DNA of 37,193 bases from Flavobacteriales bacterium (GTDB taxonomy: Bacteria > Bacteroidota > Bacteroidia > Flavobacteriales_F > PHOS-HE28), in assembly GCA_046596155.1 (NCBI GenBank), contig JBKJNF010000254.1, positions 1 to 37,193 on the forward strand, given 5' to 3'. Under the pieces are notes generated by a model that saw only the letters and a program-made list of their open reading frames with translations, did no database searches and was not told where the DNA came from. Below, in pieces: positions 1 through 9,900 of the stretch (positions are counted from its first letter, which is position 1; each line of letters begins with the position of its first letter). Both the position numbers and the translations under genes were made by a program.

Positions 1-1
1 C

Positions 2-436
2 GCAACAGCGATGCCCGTCCCCTGGCATGCAGTGGCGGTCGCCTCCGGGTTCGATCACTTCCTTGTTCTTGATGATACGGGCCAACTGTGGAGTTGGGGA
101 TCCAATGAATTCGGGCAACTCGGAACAGCGGCGCCCAGCGGAGCTGCTCCAACTCCGGTCACGAGCCTATGTACGATGACCGGCATGAAAGAGGTGGGGG
201 ACTATCAAGTGAATGTTTTTCCCGATCCGGCCTCGGAACACATTACCTTGAACATCCCGTCCTCCAACCTATTGCAGTATGAGATCCACAGCGCAACAGG
301 CCACTTGGTATGCGCGGGCACAGTGCTTTCCGGAAGTACGATCGTGAATGTCAGAGACCTGCCTTGTGGGCTGTATTCCGTAAAATGCTACGGCGTGGGG
401 CAAGGCGTTTGGATCGCACGATTCATCAAGGAATAG
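2..436 (+). CDS. RCC1-repeat protein with T9SS type A C-terminal sorting domain (5' truncated)
   Basis: Frame is open from the window edge. RCC1 motif VASGFDHFLVLDDTGQLWSWGSNEFGQLG, then a CTD-like tail VFPDPASEHITL...DLPCGLYSVK...RFIKE. Confidence 0.85.
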   Translation, partial: ATAMPVPWHAVAVASGFDHFLVLDDTGQLWSWGSNEFGQLGTAAPSGAAPTPVTSLCTMTGMKEVGDYQVNVFPDPASEHITLNIPSSNLLQYEIHSATGHLVCAGTVLSGSTIVNVRDLPCGLYSVKCYGVGQGVWIARFIKE

Positions 437-449
437 GTTGATCAACGTT

Positions 450-477
450 GAAGCCCCTCGCTGCCGAGGGGTTTCTT
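450..477 (+). terminator. Rho-independent terminator after the RCC1 gene
   Basis: GAAGCCCCTCG-ctgc-CGAGGGGTTTC stem (one G-U pair) followed by TT, 13 nt after the stop codon. Confidence 0.75.
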
Positions 478-497
478 ACGGTTCTCGCCGTACTCCG

Positions 498-627
498 GGT
501 CTTGCCTTCGCGAACCAACACACAATGCCTTCGCCCAAGAAGGCGAGGATGTCTGTGCAGATGCGATCCAAGACCACCAAACGTTACGGATGTTCCCCGT
601 CTGGCGCGAGCGTCTCTCGCTCGTGCC
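498..627. ncRNA. Candidate structured RNA or repeat element of unknown family
   Basis: Nested stems: 498-504/569-575, 508-511/563-566, 531-535/542-546 and 603-612/618-627. Lies between two terminator hairpins, with no convincing ORF. Confidence 0.3.
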
Positions 628-633
628 TTAATG

Positions 634-669
634 AAGGAAGCCCGGTTCATCATCGGGCTTCTTTGTTTT
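634..669. terminator. Probably bidirectional terminator downstream of ettA
   Basis: AAGGAAGCCCG/CGGGCTTCTTT stem with a T-rich tail on the + strand and CTTCCTTCATT on the - strand, about 20 nt from the ettA stop. Confidence 0.7.
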
Positions 670-683
670 CGTCTTCGGCCTGA

Positions 684-2375
684 CTAGCTCCTCACCAACT
701 TCCGGTATTTGATCCGGTGCGGCACGATGTCGCCTACGCGTTTCTTGTAGTTCTCCTGGTAGTCGCTGAAGCTGCCTTCGAACCAATACACGTTGCTGTC
801 GCTTTCGAAGGCGAGTATGTGCGTGCACACACGATCGAGGAACCAGCGGTCGTGGCTGATGATCACGGCGCAGCCGCTGTAGTCCTGGATGCCTTCCTCC
901 AGTGCGCGCAGCGTGTTGACGTCGAGGTCGTTGGTGGGTTCGTCCAGCAGCAGCACGTTGCTGCCGTTCTTCAGCGTCATGGCCAGGTGCAGGCGGTTGC
1001 GTTCACCGCCGGAGAGCACACCGACCTTCTTATTCTGGTCGGGACCGCTGAAGTTGAAGCGGGAGAGGTAGGCACGGCTGTTCACGAGCGTGCCGCCGAT
1101 CAACATCATCTCCTGTGCGTTGCTCAACACTTCCCACACGGTCCTCTCTGGAGAAAGGTCCTTGTGGCTTTGATCCACGTATGCTATCTGCACGGTGTCG
1201 CCGATGGTCACGGTACCAGCGTCGGACTTCTCTTCACCTTGGATCAGGCGGAACAGCGTGGTCTTACCGGCACCGTTGGGTCCGATGATGCCCACGATGC
1301 CAGCGGGAGGTAGGGCAAAGGAGAGGTTCTCGAAGAGCAACCGATCTCCGAAGCCCTTTGTCACCTTGTTGAACTCGATCACCTTGTCGCCGAGGCGCTG
1401 GCCGTTGGGGATGTAGATCTCGAGCTTCGCTTCCTTCTCCTTCACGCTTTCGCCCTGCATCTTCTCGTAATTCTGCAGGCGGGCCTTGCTCTTGGTGCGG
1501 CGCGCACTAGCATTGCTGCGTACCCATTCCAACTCCTGCTTCAACACGCGCTGGCGCTTGCTCTCGGTCTTCTCCTCCATGGCCATGCGCGCGGTCTTCT
1601 GCTCCAGCCAGTTGGTGTAGTTGCCTTTGTACGGGATGCCTTCTCCACGGTCCAGCTCGAGGATCCAGCCTGCCACGTTATCCAGGAAGTAACGATCGTG
1701 GGTGATGGCGATCACGGTGCCTTTGTAGCCGGCCAGGTACTGTTCGAGCCAGGCCACGCTCTCGGCGTCCAAGTGGTTGGTCGGCTCGTCCAAGAGCAGG
1801 ATGTCCGGGCTTTGCAACAACAGGCGGCATAGGGCCACGCGACGGCGTTCGCCACCGGAGAGCACCTTGATCGGCGTGTCGCCATCGGGTGTGCGCAAGG
1901 CGTCCATGGCCACCTCCAGCTTCTGGTCGATGTTCCACGCATCTGCGATCTCGATCTTGTCCTGCAACACGGCCTGCCGGGCGATCAGCTTATCCATCTT
2001 GTCCGGGTCGCTCATCAGTTCCTCGTCGGCGAACTTGGCGTTCACCTCCTCGTATTCCGCGAGCAGGTCGGTGATGGGCTTCACGCCTTCCTTCACAATG
2101 TCCAACACGGTCTTCGACTCGTCCAGGTCAGGTTCCTGTTCCAAGTGGCCGATGGTGTAGCCCGGACTCAGGTGCACATCACCATCGAAGCTCTTGTCCT
2201 TGCCTGCAATGATGCGCATGAGCGTGGACTTACCGCTGCCGTTGAGACCGAGGATGCCGATCTTGGCGCCGTAGTAGAACCCGAGATAGATGTCGTTGAG
2301 GATCTTCTTACCAGAAGGGAGGGTCTTCCCCACCTTCACCATATTGAAGATTATCTGTCTGCCTTCTTCTGCCAT
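684..2375 (-). CDS. ettA: Energy-dependent translational throttle ABC-F ATPase
   Basis: Two ABC domains (GLNGSGKST, LSGGERRR, LLLDEPTNHLD; GPNGAGKTT, LSGGERNR), EttA-typical GAKIG and ELEWVR motifs and the IKYRKL C-terminus; no transmembrane segments. Confidence 0.95.
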   Translation of the reverse strand: MAEEGRQIIFNMVKVGKTLPSGKKILNDIYLGFYYGAKIGILGLNGSGKSTLMRIIAGKDKSFDGDVHLSPGYTIGHLEQEPDLDESKTVLDIVKEGVKPITDLLAEYEEVNAKFADEELMSDPDKMDKLIARQAVLQDKIEIADAWNIDQKLEVAMDALRTPDGDTPIKVLSGGERRRVALCRLLLQSPDILLLDEPTNHLDAESVAWLEQYLAGYKGTVIAITHDRYFLDNVAGWILELDRGEGIPYKGNYTNWLEQKTARMAMEEKTESKRQRVLKQELEWVRSNASARRTKSKARLQNYEKMQGESVKEKEAKLEIYIPNGQRLGDKVIEFNKVTKGFGDRLLFENLSFALPPAGIVGIIGPNGAGKTTLFRLIQGEEKSDAGTVTIGDTVQIAYVDQSHKDLSPERTVWEVLSNAQEMMLIGGTLVNSRAYLSRFNFSGPDQNKKVGVLSGGERNRLHLAMTLKNGSNVLLLDEPTNDLDVNTLRALEEGIQDYSGCAVIISHDRWFLDRVCTHILAFESDSNVYWFEGSFSDYQENYKKRVGDIVPHRIKYRKLVRS

Positions 2376-2471
2376 GTGTTGGGGCGACGTGAACTTCGCC
2401 TTTGTTTTTGGTGTGGTGTTCTGCGAGATCGAATGCCAGTGGCCCGTGTTGGGTCGTGAAGGTTCACGCCC

Positions 2472-4199
2472 CTACCGGGCCGCGAATATCTCCAACCTAT
2501 TCCAATCCTTCACTTTCGCAAAGGTCGTTGTATCCAGCCGTTCCATGCCGTTGTGCTTCAGCACGGTCTCCAAGGTCTGGCCATCGGCCGGGCCCACCAA
2601 GGCGTACAAGCGCCCACCAGGCCCGGGTCCCACGTGCACGGAGCGCCGATCATTGCCGTTGGCCATCAGGTTGAACTCGAAGGCGGCCTCGTTGGGGAAC
2701 TGGGTGAGTACCCTGTCGTTGGGCCGCAGAATGCCTTGGAACCAATCGGCCGCCTCGCTGGCTTCATCTTCCCGTTGGATCCGGTCCTTGGCACCCGATA
2801 TGCCCAGCCAGCCCATGCCGACCAGGATCAGCATGCTCGCTAGTACCGTACGAAAACGCTTGGTAAAGCCCGCATACACCTTCTCCTCGATGAACTTCAG
2901 CGCGTAGAACAACGCGATCGCTGAGCTCATGTGCAAATTGAACAGGATGTACGTCCAGATCCGCGGTGGCCCCACCATGCTTTGAAGGATGGTGAACGGC
3001 ACCGCTCCTAATACCATGGCAACGAGCATGATCCGGTATTTCCCGCTGACGTATGCGGCGTAGACCAGACCCACGAAGCCCAACAGGCTTATCAGCGTGG
3101 CCGACGTGTCGTTGAAATATGCCCACAGCTCGAAGGCCTTGTCCTGATGCGTGGAAATAAAGCTTTCCCAAGTGTTCTCGCCCATGGTGGGGTGATGCAA
3201 CAACTGATCCACACTGTGCACGATCACCACTGGCGTATAGACAGCGGCCGTGAGCACGATGAAGGCCAACAAGGAGATGGTCAGTCGTACGAGCCGACGC
3301 CTCAATGAGGTGTCATAATTCGTCATCAAATAGAGCAGCAACCAGATGTAACAGGCGATCGCCGCATAGATCATGGTGGGCACCACCCACATGCCAAGTG
3401 TATTGAACACGGCTACCAAGAGCGCACCAACGATGTTGTTGCTCTTGGCGAAGTAGCGCCCGGCCAACATGGCGCACACCATGAACAGCCAGGTCAGGCT
3501 GTAACCGCGGGCCAGCGCACTGTACTCAATAAGCGCCCCGCTGGCCGCGACCAAGGCCATGGCCATCAGTCCTATGTAGCGGTTGAACATGGCGCGCACG
3601 AACACATAGAACAAAGGCATCACCGCGATCCCTGCAAGCAGGGCCGGCAGGCGAAGGCTCCAGAGGTGCACACCTAAAATGCCCGTGCTCAACTTCACCA
3701 GCACGGTATGTAAGATGTGGTTGTTCGGATAACTGTAGTTGGACAGAATGAAATGAAGTGGTTGCGTGGCGTAGTACGTGTAGGTGAACGCCTCGTCGTA
3801 GATGATGCCCAACCGCATCTGCGACATGCGGAACACGGTGCCAATGAAGATGACGACCACCACCCAACGCACATGCGCTCGGCTGGTGCGATCCACCAGT
3901 TCCGCCCAGCCCTCGCGTAGATCAACTTTGAACGTTGACCACTGTCCTGCGCGCTGTTCCGCAGCGCTGAACATCCAACGTGTGGCCAAGCTGAGGCCTG
4001 TCGCCATGGCGGCCAGCAATGCACCTAGCCATCGCAAGTTCCGCGTTATACGCCCGTGCAGGATGCGATCGAAGGTTTCCACCGATCCATCCGGCGCCTG
4101 GGCATCAACGTAGGCCTTCATGGTCGCGAAGTTCACACGCGCTGACACAAGACACAGTGCGGCCAGCAACGCCACGGCACCGATCCCCACCCACCACAT
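2472..4199 (-). CDS. GT-C fold membrane glycosyltransferase (GT39/PMT-like)
   Basis: Multi-pass hydrophobic protein with YDEAFTY, PNNHILH, SLRLP and YSALARGYS motifs. Start moved to ATG 4199 because the TTG at 4223 lies inside a TACATTTG promoter motif. Confidence 0.8.
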   Translation of the reverse strand: MWWVGIGAVALLAALCLVSARVNFATMKAYVDAQAPDGSVETFDRILHGRITRNLRWLGALLAAMATGLSLATRWMFSAAEQRAGQWSTFKVDLREGWAELVDRTSRAHVRWVVVVIFIGTVFRMSQMRLGIIYDEAFTYTYYATQPLHFILSNYSYPNNHILHTVLVKLSTGILGVHLWSLRLPALLAGIAVMPLFYVFVRAMFNRYIGLMAMALVAASGALIEYSALARGYSLTWLFMVCAMLAGRYFAKSNNIVGALLVAVFNTLGMWVVPTMIYAAIACYIWLLLYLMTNYDTSLRRRLVRLTISLLAFIVLTAAVYTPVVIVHSVDQLLHHPTMGENTWESFISTHQDKAFELWAYFNDTSATLISLLGFVGLVYAAYVSGKYRIMLVAMVLGAVPFTILQSMVGPPRIWTYILFNLHMSSAIALFYALKFIEEKVYAGFTKRFRTVLASMLILVGMGWLGISGAKDRIQREDEASEAADWFQGILRPNDRVLTQFPNEAAFEFNLMANGNDRRSVHVGPGPGGRLYALVGPADGQTLETVLKHNGMERLDTTTFAKVKDWNRLEIFAAR

Positions 4200-4220
4200 G
4201 ATCCGCCAGTTGAGCACGTC

Positions 4221-4271
4221 CAAATGTAGAAGAAGCCGCGATGCCGTTCATGCTTCCCATGCGCACCTTTG
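4221..4271. promoter_or_regulatory. Divergent Bacteroidota sigma70 -7 elements
   Basis: TACATTTG on the - strand (4221-4228) and CACCTTTG on the + strand (4264-4271), between the glycosyltransferase and murQ. Confidence 0.55.
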
Positions 4272-4304
4272 CACTGCCGGTCCGACATGGCCGGACCTTC
4301 ATCC

Positions 4305-5114
4305 ATGGAACGCATCACCGAGAGCACTTCCCGCTATACCGACCTGGAATGTATGTCCACGGCCGAACTGCTGCGCAGCATCAACACCGAGGATCGCACC
4401 GTTCCTCAGGCCGTTGAGCGTGTGCTGCCTGAAATAGAAAAGGTGGTGGACTCCGTGCATGAGCGCATGGCGCGCGGTGGCCGGTTGTTCTACCTGGGTG
4501 CCGGCACCAGCGGCCGACTGGGCATTGTGGACGCGAGCGAATGTCCGCCGACCTTCGGTGTGGCACATGGACTGGTGATCGGTCTGATCGCCGGAGGAGA
4601 TAAGGCCATCCGCAAGGCGGTGGAATTCGCCGAGGATGATGCCGAACAAGGCTGGATGGACCTGATGGAGCATCACGTAGGAGCCGATGATACCGTGGTG
4701 GGCATCGCCGCGAGCGGAACAACGCCGTATGTGATTGGCGCCTTGGAAGCCTGCAACACACGGGATATCCTGACCAGCTGTATCACCTGCAACCCGGGTA
4801 GCCCCGTGACCATCGCCGCTAAACTGCCCATCGCCGTGGCCGTGGGGCCCGAGTTCGTGACCGGCAGCACGCGCATGAAGAGTGGAACTGCACAGAAGCT
4901 CGTGCTCAACATGATCAGCACCAGTGTGATGATCAAACTCGGCCGTGTGAAGGGCAATCGCATGGTGGATATGCAGCTGAGCAACCATAAACTGATCGAC
5001 CGTGGAACACGTATGGTGATGGATAGCCTGAAGGTGAGCTACGAAGTGGCCAATGAGATGCTTCGACATTACGGCAGCGTGCGTAGGGCGATCGAGGCGG
5101 GGCATACGATGTAG
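4305..5114 (+). CDS. murQ: N-acetylmuramic acid 6-phosphate etherase
   Basis: SIS-domain motifs GAGTSGRLG, DASECPPTFG, GIAASGTTPYV, GPEFVTGSTRMKSGTAQK and GNRMVD. The ATG giving MERITE was chosen as start. Confidence 0.95.
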   Translation: MERITESTSRYTDLECMSTAELLRSINTEDRTVPQAVERVLPEIEKVVDSVHERMARGGRLFYLGAGTSGRLGIVDASECPPTFGVAHGLVIGLIAGGDKAIRKAVEFAEDDAEQGWMDLMEHHVGADDTVVGIAASGTTPYVIGALEACNTRDILTSCITCNPGSPVTIAAKLPIAVAVGPEFVTGSTRMKSGTAQKLVLNMISTSVMIKLGRVKGNRMVDMQLSNHKLIDRGTRMVMDSLKVSYEVANEMLRHYGSVRRAIEAGHTM

Positions 5115-5244
5115 ACGCCGCGAACCCGGTTTGAACGGATGGACCACACCAACGATCTAAAAGCGCAGGTGCAGGATGAGGTGCATTGACCCGATCTTTG
5201 CCCCCGCACCAGCTCCTGCGCCCGCTCCTGTCCCTGAACCAAAC

Positions 5245-5820
5245 GTGCACACCCTCGAGCCCTTCTACAACTGGCGTCACCGCTACACAGCGGAAGAGGA
5301 TGAGCGTTCGCCTTTCTTCGGCACAGAGCACAGTGAGTTCGAATTCACACATGCTGTTTATGATCACGCGATCCATCCGCAATGGGATGAATTCGGCAGT
5401 GAGACCTTGTATTTGAAAGTACTCTTTTCGGATTACGACGAAGGCGCTGTGATCATCGAGCTCATTGGCGAGTGGAACGATCTGCTCGGCAACGACGTCA
5501 TGTTCCTGAAGCGCGATATCGTTGAGCCGATGATGTCACATGGCATCAACCGTTTCATCCTCATTGGCGAGAACGTGTTGAACTTCCATGCAGGCGATGA
5601 AGAATACTACAGTGAATGGTTCGATGAGGCCAGCGACAACGATGGCTGGATCGCGCTTCTGAACTTCCGTGAACATGTGCGCGATGACATGAAGGCCGCG
5701 AACATTGACCAGTATTTTTTGATGGGAGGTCAGCTGGACCAGACCGACTGGCGCACCTTCGAGCCGGACGACCTGTTGGAGAGGATCAGTGGCTTCGTGC
5801 AGCGCCGGCTCAGCGCTTGA
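5245..5820 (+). CDS. Conserved hypothetical protein with possible STAS-like C-terminal domain
   Basis: Strong coding character; GTG start giving MHTLEPFYNWR, downstream of a GATCTTTG motif (5193-5200). Resembles a conserved Bacteroidota protein (from recollection). Confidence 0.75.
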   Translation: MHTLEPFYNWRHRYTAEEDERSPFFGTEHSEFEFTHAVYDHAIHPQWDEFGSETLYLKVLFSDYDEGAVIIELIGEWNDLLGNDVMFLKRDIVEPMMSHGINRFILIGENVLNFHAGDEEYYSEWFDEASDNDGWIALLNFREHVRDDMKAANIDQYFLMGGQLDQTDWRTFEPDDLLERISGFVQRRLSA

Positions 5821-6274
5821 GGAGCAGCTCCAGCACCACCCGATCGATCGGCAGCGTCACCTCCTCACCAGATGCGGTAGCAAGATCCAGCCAGCGGAAC
5901 GATTCTTCATCCTCCATCTGCTGCTTGAAGTTGAAGGGGACTGCGCTCACCTTCAGCGCCAGTGCATTGGCTACGCGAAACGTATAATAGATGCTGATGA
6001 TCTGCTGGCCGGCGCGGAACGCGCTTTCCTGAAAGAAATCAGTGGTATAGAAGTGCACCAGATCGAAGGCCTCCACGCCGATCTCCTCGCGCACTTCGCG
6101 GATAAGACAATCCTTTAGGCCTTCGCCGAACTCCAATCCACCACCCGGGAATTTGGTGATGCGTACCGCGGCCGTTCCTATCAAGCCGGGGACATTGATC
6201 AGCTCGTCGGCCACGAGCAAGCGACCATCGTGGACCAACAGGCCATATACACGAATATTGAAAAGTGGGTTCAT
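5810..6274 (-). CDS. NUDIX hydrolase
   Basis: Nudix box FPGGGLEFGEGLKDCLIREVREEIG. Start overlaps the stop of the upstream methyltransferase (ATGA). Confidence 0.92.
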   Translation of the reverse strand: MNPLFNIRVYGLLVHDGRLLVADELINVPGLIGTAAVRITKFPGGGLEFGEGLKDCLIREVREEIGVEAFDLVHFYTTDFFQESAFRAGQQIISIYYTFRVANALALKVSAVPFNFKQQMEDEESFRWLDLATASGEEVTLPIDRVVLELLLKR

Positions 6275-6957
6275 ATCACCAAAGGTCGCGTTGCCCGCAA
6301 CATCTGCCGCTTGCCCGGTGGACCCGGCACACGCGCCACAGTGAAACCCGCGGCGAGCATCGCCCTGCGCACATCACCCTTCGCACAATAGGTCACGAGG
6401 ATCCCGCCAGGTCGCAATGCAACAAGTATGCGGCGGAACACGTCCACGGTCCAGAGTTCGGGCTGCGTTCTTGGTGCGAAGGCATCGAAGTACACAATAT
6501 CATAGCGCTCAACTTCGTGCAACTCGAGCACGGATCCAGCAGATCGCGTGAAGGTGAACGCATCGGTCAAGTGCTGTTCCGAGGATCCTGGCGCGCACAT
6601 CATCGCCAGAAAAGGATCGCGCAATTCGGGCCTGCCGAGGGCTCCCGGATGATCGATCTGTATCAAAACATCCTGCGCCACCGGATGCGGCTCCAACGCC
6701 GTGTACCGGACCCACCTGCCATTCTCGACAGCATGGATCCAGGTGAGCAGTGCATTCAACCCCGTCCCCGATCCCACTTCCAACACATCGATCCGCGCTG
6801 CGGTCAGTTGCTTTAAGCCCATGTCGATGAACACATGCATGGACTCCTGAATGGCGCCATGCACGCTGTGGTGGAAGACATCCAGCTGCTCACTGCGCAG
6901 TGTGAATGAGCCGTCGCGTGTGCGATAGGGGCGAAAGTCCGAGGGAGGTGAATACAT
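6271..6957 (-). CDS. mnmD: Stand-alone MnmC methyltransferase-domain protein (tRNA mnm5s2U34 methyltransferase-like)
   Basis: TRDGSFTL, HSVHGAIQESMHVFI, LEVGSGTGLN, YFDAFAP, PELW, LVTYCAKG and PGPPGKRQML motifs. Confidence 0.85.
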   Translation of the reverse strand: MYSPPSDFRPYRTRDGSFTLRSEQLDVFHHSVHGAIQESMHVFIDMGLKQLTAARIDVLEVGSGTGLNALLTWIHAVENGRWVRYTALEPHPVAQDVLIQIDHPGALGRPELRDPFLAMMCAPGSSEQHLTDAFTFTRSAGSVLELHEVERYDIVYFDAFAPRTQPELWTVDVFRRILVALRPGGILVTYCAKGDVRRAMLAAGFTVARVPGPPGKRQMLRATRPLVI

Positions 6958-6979
6958 GGGCAATACCGAACGACGGGGC

Positions 6980-6987
6980 TAATTTCG
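6980..6987 (+). promoter_or_regulatory. -7 promoter element variant 4 nt before the start codon
   Basis: TAATTTCG followed by CCCA and then ATG at 6992. Confidence 0.5.
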
Positions 6988-6991
6988 CCCA

Positions 6992-9900
6992 ATGCTTCTG
7001 GATCGTTCGCTCCTGCTCGTACTGTTCACCCTCCCTTTCCATGCAAACGCTCAGCAATGGATGGAACTGATGCAGGATCCGACCGTGAATGTGCATGAGG
7101 TGCAGGCGGCCTTCAATGCCCATTGGAACGGTCGTTCCTACGAGCGCAGCAAGGGCTTCAAGATGTATAAGCGCTGGGAGTGGTGGATGGAACAGCGCAC
7201 CTACCCCACTGGTGCTAGGCCTGATGCGGGGGTGTTCAACATGGCGGTGAAGGATGCTGCGGCCATGGATCACTTGCTAGGGGCGAAAAGCAATGCCAAC
7301 TGGCAGCCGCTTGGACCGTACACCTGGACGAACGGACCCCAGGGGTACAACCCCGGCAATGGACGCGTGAATTGCACGGCTGTGGATCCGAACAATGCGG
7401 CAACGATCTACGCAGGCGCCGCCACCGGTGGACTTTGGAAGAGCACGGATAATGGCCTCACCTGGGCCGCGCTCTTCGCCGACCTGCCAACGCTCGGTGT
7501 GAGCGGCATCGCGATAGACCCCGCGAATAGCAACGTGATCTACTGCGCAACCGGCGATGGCGACGGCACAGATACGTACAGCATCGGCGTGATCAAGAGC
7601 ATTGACGGGGGTGCCAACTGGAGCAACACCGGACTCAACTGGGCTACCACGTCCGCACGCAACACGCGCATGCTTCGCATAAGCTCGGCTGATCCACAAA
7701 CACTGTTCTGCGCTGCGAACAACGGCTTATGGAAGACCGAGGATGGAGGTGGTGTCTGGGCGAAGGTGGCCGATGGTTCTTTCAACGATGTGGAGTTCAA
7801 ACCCGGCGACCCCAGTGTGGTCTTCGCCTGCGGCGATCAGTTCTTCCGGAGTGCGGATGGCGGGTCAACGTTCGTTCCAGTAGGTACAGGACTGCCGGCG
7901 GCCAACCTGGTGAACCGCATGCGTATCGCGGTATGTGCCGCCGACCCGCTCAAGGTGTACGTGCTCTGCGGACAGGAGTTGGATGGCGGTTACCTCGGTC
8001 TCTATCGCAGCAATGATGGCGGAGTGACCTTCACCCTGCGCAGCAGCTCGCCCAACATCTTTGGCTATAGCAATAACGGCAACGACAGCGGCGGGCAGAG
8101 CAATTACGATATGGCCCTCGCCGTGGATCCAGCCAATATGAACAACGTGTGGGTCGGCGGCATCAACGTATGGAAAAGCATCAACGGAGGTGCCAACTGG
8201 AGCGTGCAAAGTGATTGGGTGATCAACGGACAATCGCCTTATGTGCATGCAGACATACACAGCCTGGATGTGAGCAATGGTGCACTCTACTGCGGCAATG
8301 ATGGAGGCCTGTTCCGCAGCAACAATGCTGGAGTCACATGGAACGACCTGAGCGCTGGACTCCAGATCACCCAGTTCTATCGCCTTGGCGGCAGTGAACT
8401 GGTCCCCGACCTCATTATCGCCGGTGCACAGGACAACGGTATGAACCTATGGAACGGAACGGACTGGACGCATGTGATGGGCGCCGATGGCATGGAAGGC
8501 GCTGTGGCCCCAGACGATCCCAACATCATCTATGGCTGCTTCCAGAACGGTGGCATTAGTCGCAGCGATGACGGTGGCCAGACCTTCAACAACATCGCAT
8601 TTCCGATCACCGAAGAGGGACCGTGGGTGACACCCTACGTGATCGACCGCACCGATCCGCAGGTGGTGATCGCGGGCTTCAGGAACCTGTGGCGTTCCAC
8701 CGACCGGGGCGACAGCTGGACACAGTGGACCAACACGGGATCCACACGACCCGTGCGCGCCATCGCGATCGCGCCGTCGAACAGCAACGTGGTCTACTAC
8801 TGTAACGACAACTGGATGCGCAGGACGTTGGACAACGGTGGATCGTGGCTCACTGCAAGCACCGGCCTGCCCGATGCTGCCATTAGCTCCATCGCTGTGG
8901 ATCCCGGCCAACCATTGCACGTATTCGTATGCCTGAGCGGTTACATGCCGGGGGAGAAAGCCTATGAGAGCACGGACGGTGGCATCACGTGGACGAATAT
9001 CAGCGGGAACCTCCCGAACGTGCCCGCGAACACGATCGTGTACAAGGTGGGAAGCAATGACGGCGTGTATGTGGGTACCGACCTGGGCGTTTACTATACG
9101 GACAATACGCTCAGCAACTGGCAGCCCTTCAGCCAGGGCCTGCCACGGCTCGCGGTGACCGAACTGGAGATCAACGAGGGTGCAGGAAAGTTGCGCGCCA
9201 CCACCTACGGACGGGGACTTTGGCAAAGCGATCTGTTCCAACCGGTGACCGCTTCGCCCTCCGCTGCGTTCGCCTTCACGGCCACCGGCAATTGTGTGGG
9301 GGACACCCTCCTCTTCGCCGATGCCTCATTGAATGCTGCTCCGGGATGGACCTGGACCTTCGACGGAGGAACACCGGCCACCAGCATGGAGGCCACTCCA
9401 GCGGTGGTGTTCAACACACCCGGTGATCACCTCGTTTCACTGACCGTCGCCAACGCATCCGGCCCGGATACCTATTCTTCGGTAGTGCAGGTGAGCGCAG
9501 AACCCAACCGCCTGAACATCACCCTCACCTTCGACGATTACCCGGGAGAAACGAGTTGGACCATCACCGATGACCTGACGGCTGCGGACGTTGCCAGTGG
9601 CGGTCCTTATGCCGGCCTCAACGCTGGAGGCACCTTCACCGATCATGTCTGCCTGCCCGCCGGCTGCTACACCTTCACCATCAGCGACAGTTACGGCGAC
9701 GGCATATGCTGCGATAATGGTAACGGTTCCTTTATCGTTGGCAACCCACAGCTAGGTCAGCTCGCGAGTGGCGCCAACTTCGCTTACACACAGTCCGCTT
9801 CCTTTTGCCTCGACCTTTCCACTTCCACAGGTCAGTATGATGAAGGACCGATGCTGCGCATGCGACCACTTGAAGGTCGCGGCCTATTCCTCCTGACGCT

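Noticed and set aside
426-687. Short ORFs (75-81 aa) between the RCC1 gene and ettA
   Set aside because: They run through terminator hairpins, have Arg/Ser-rich non-protein-like composition, and show no homology cues.
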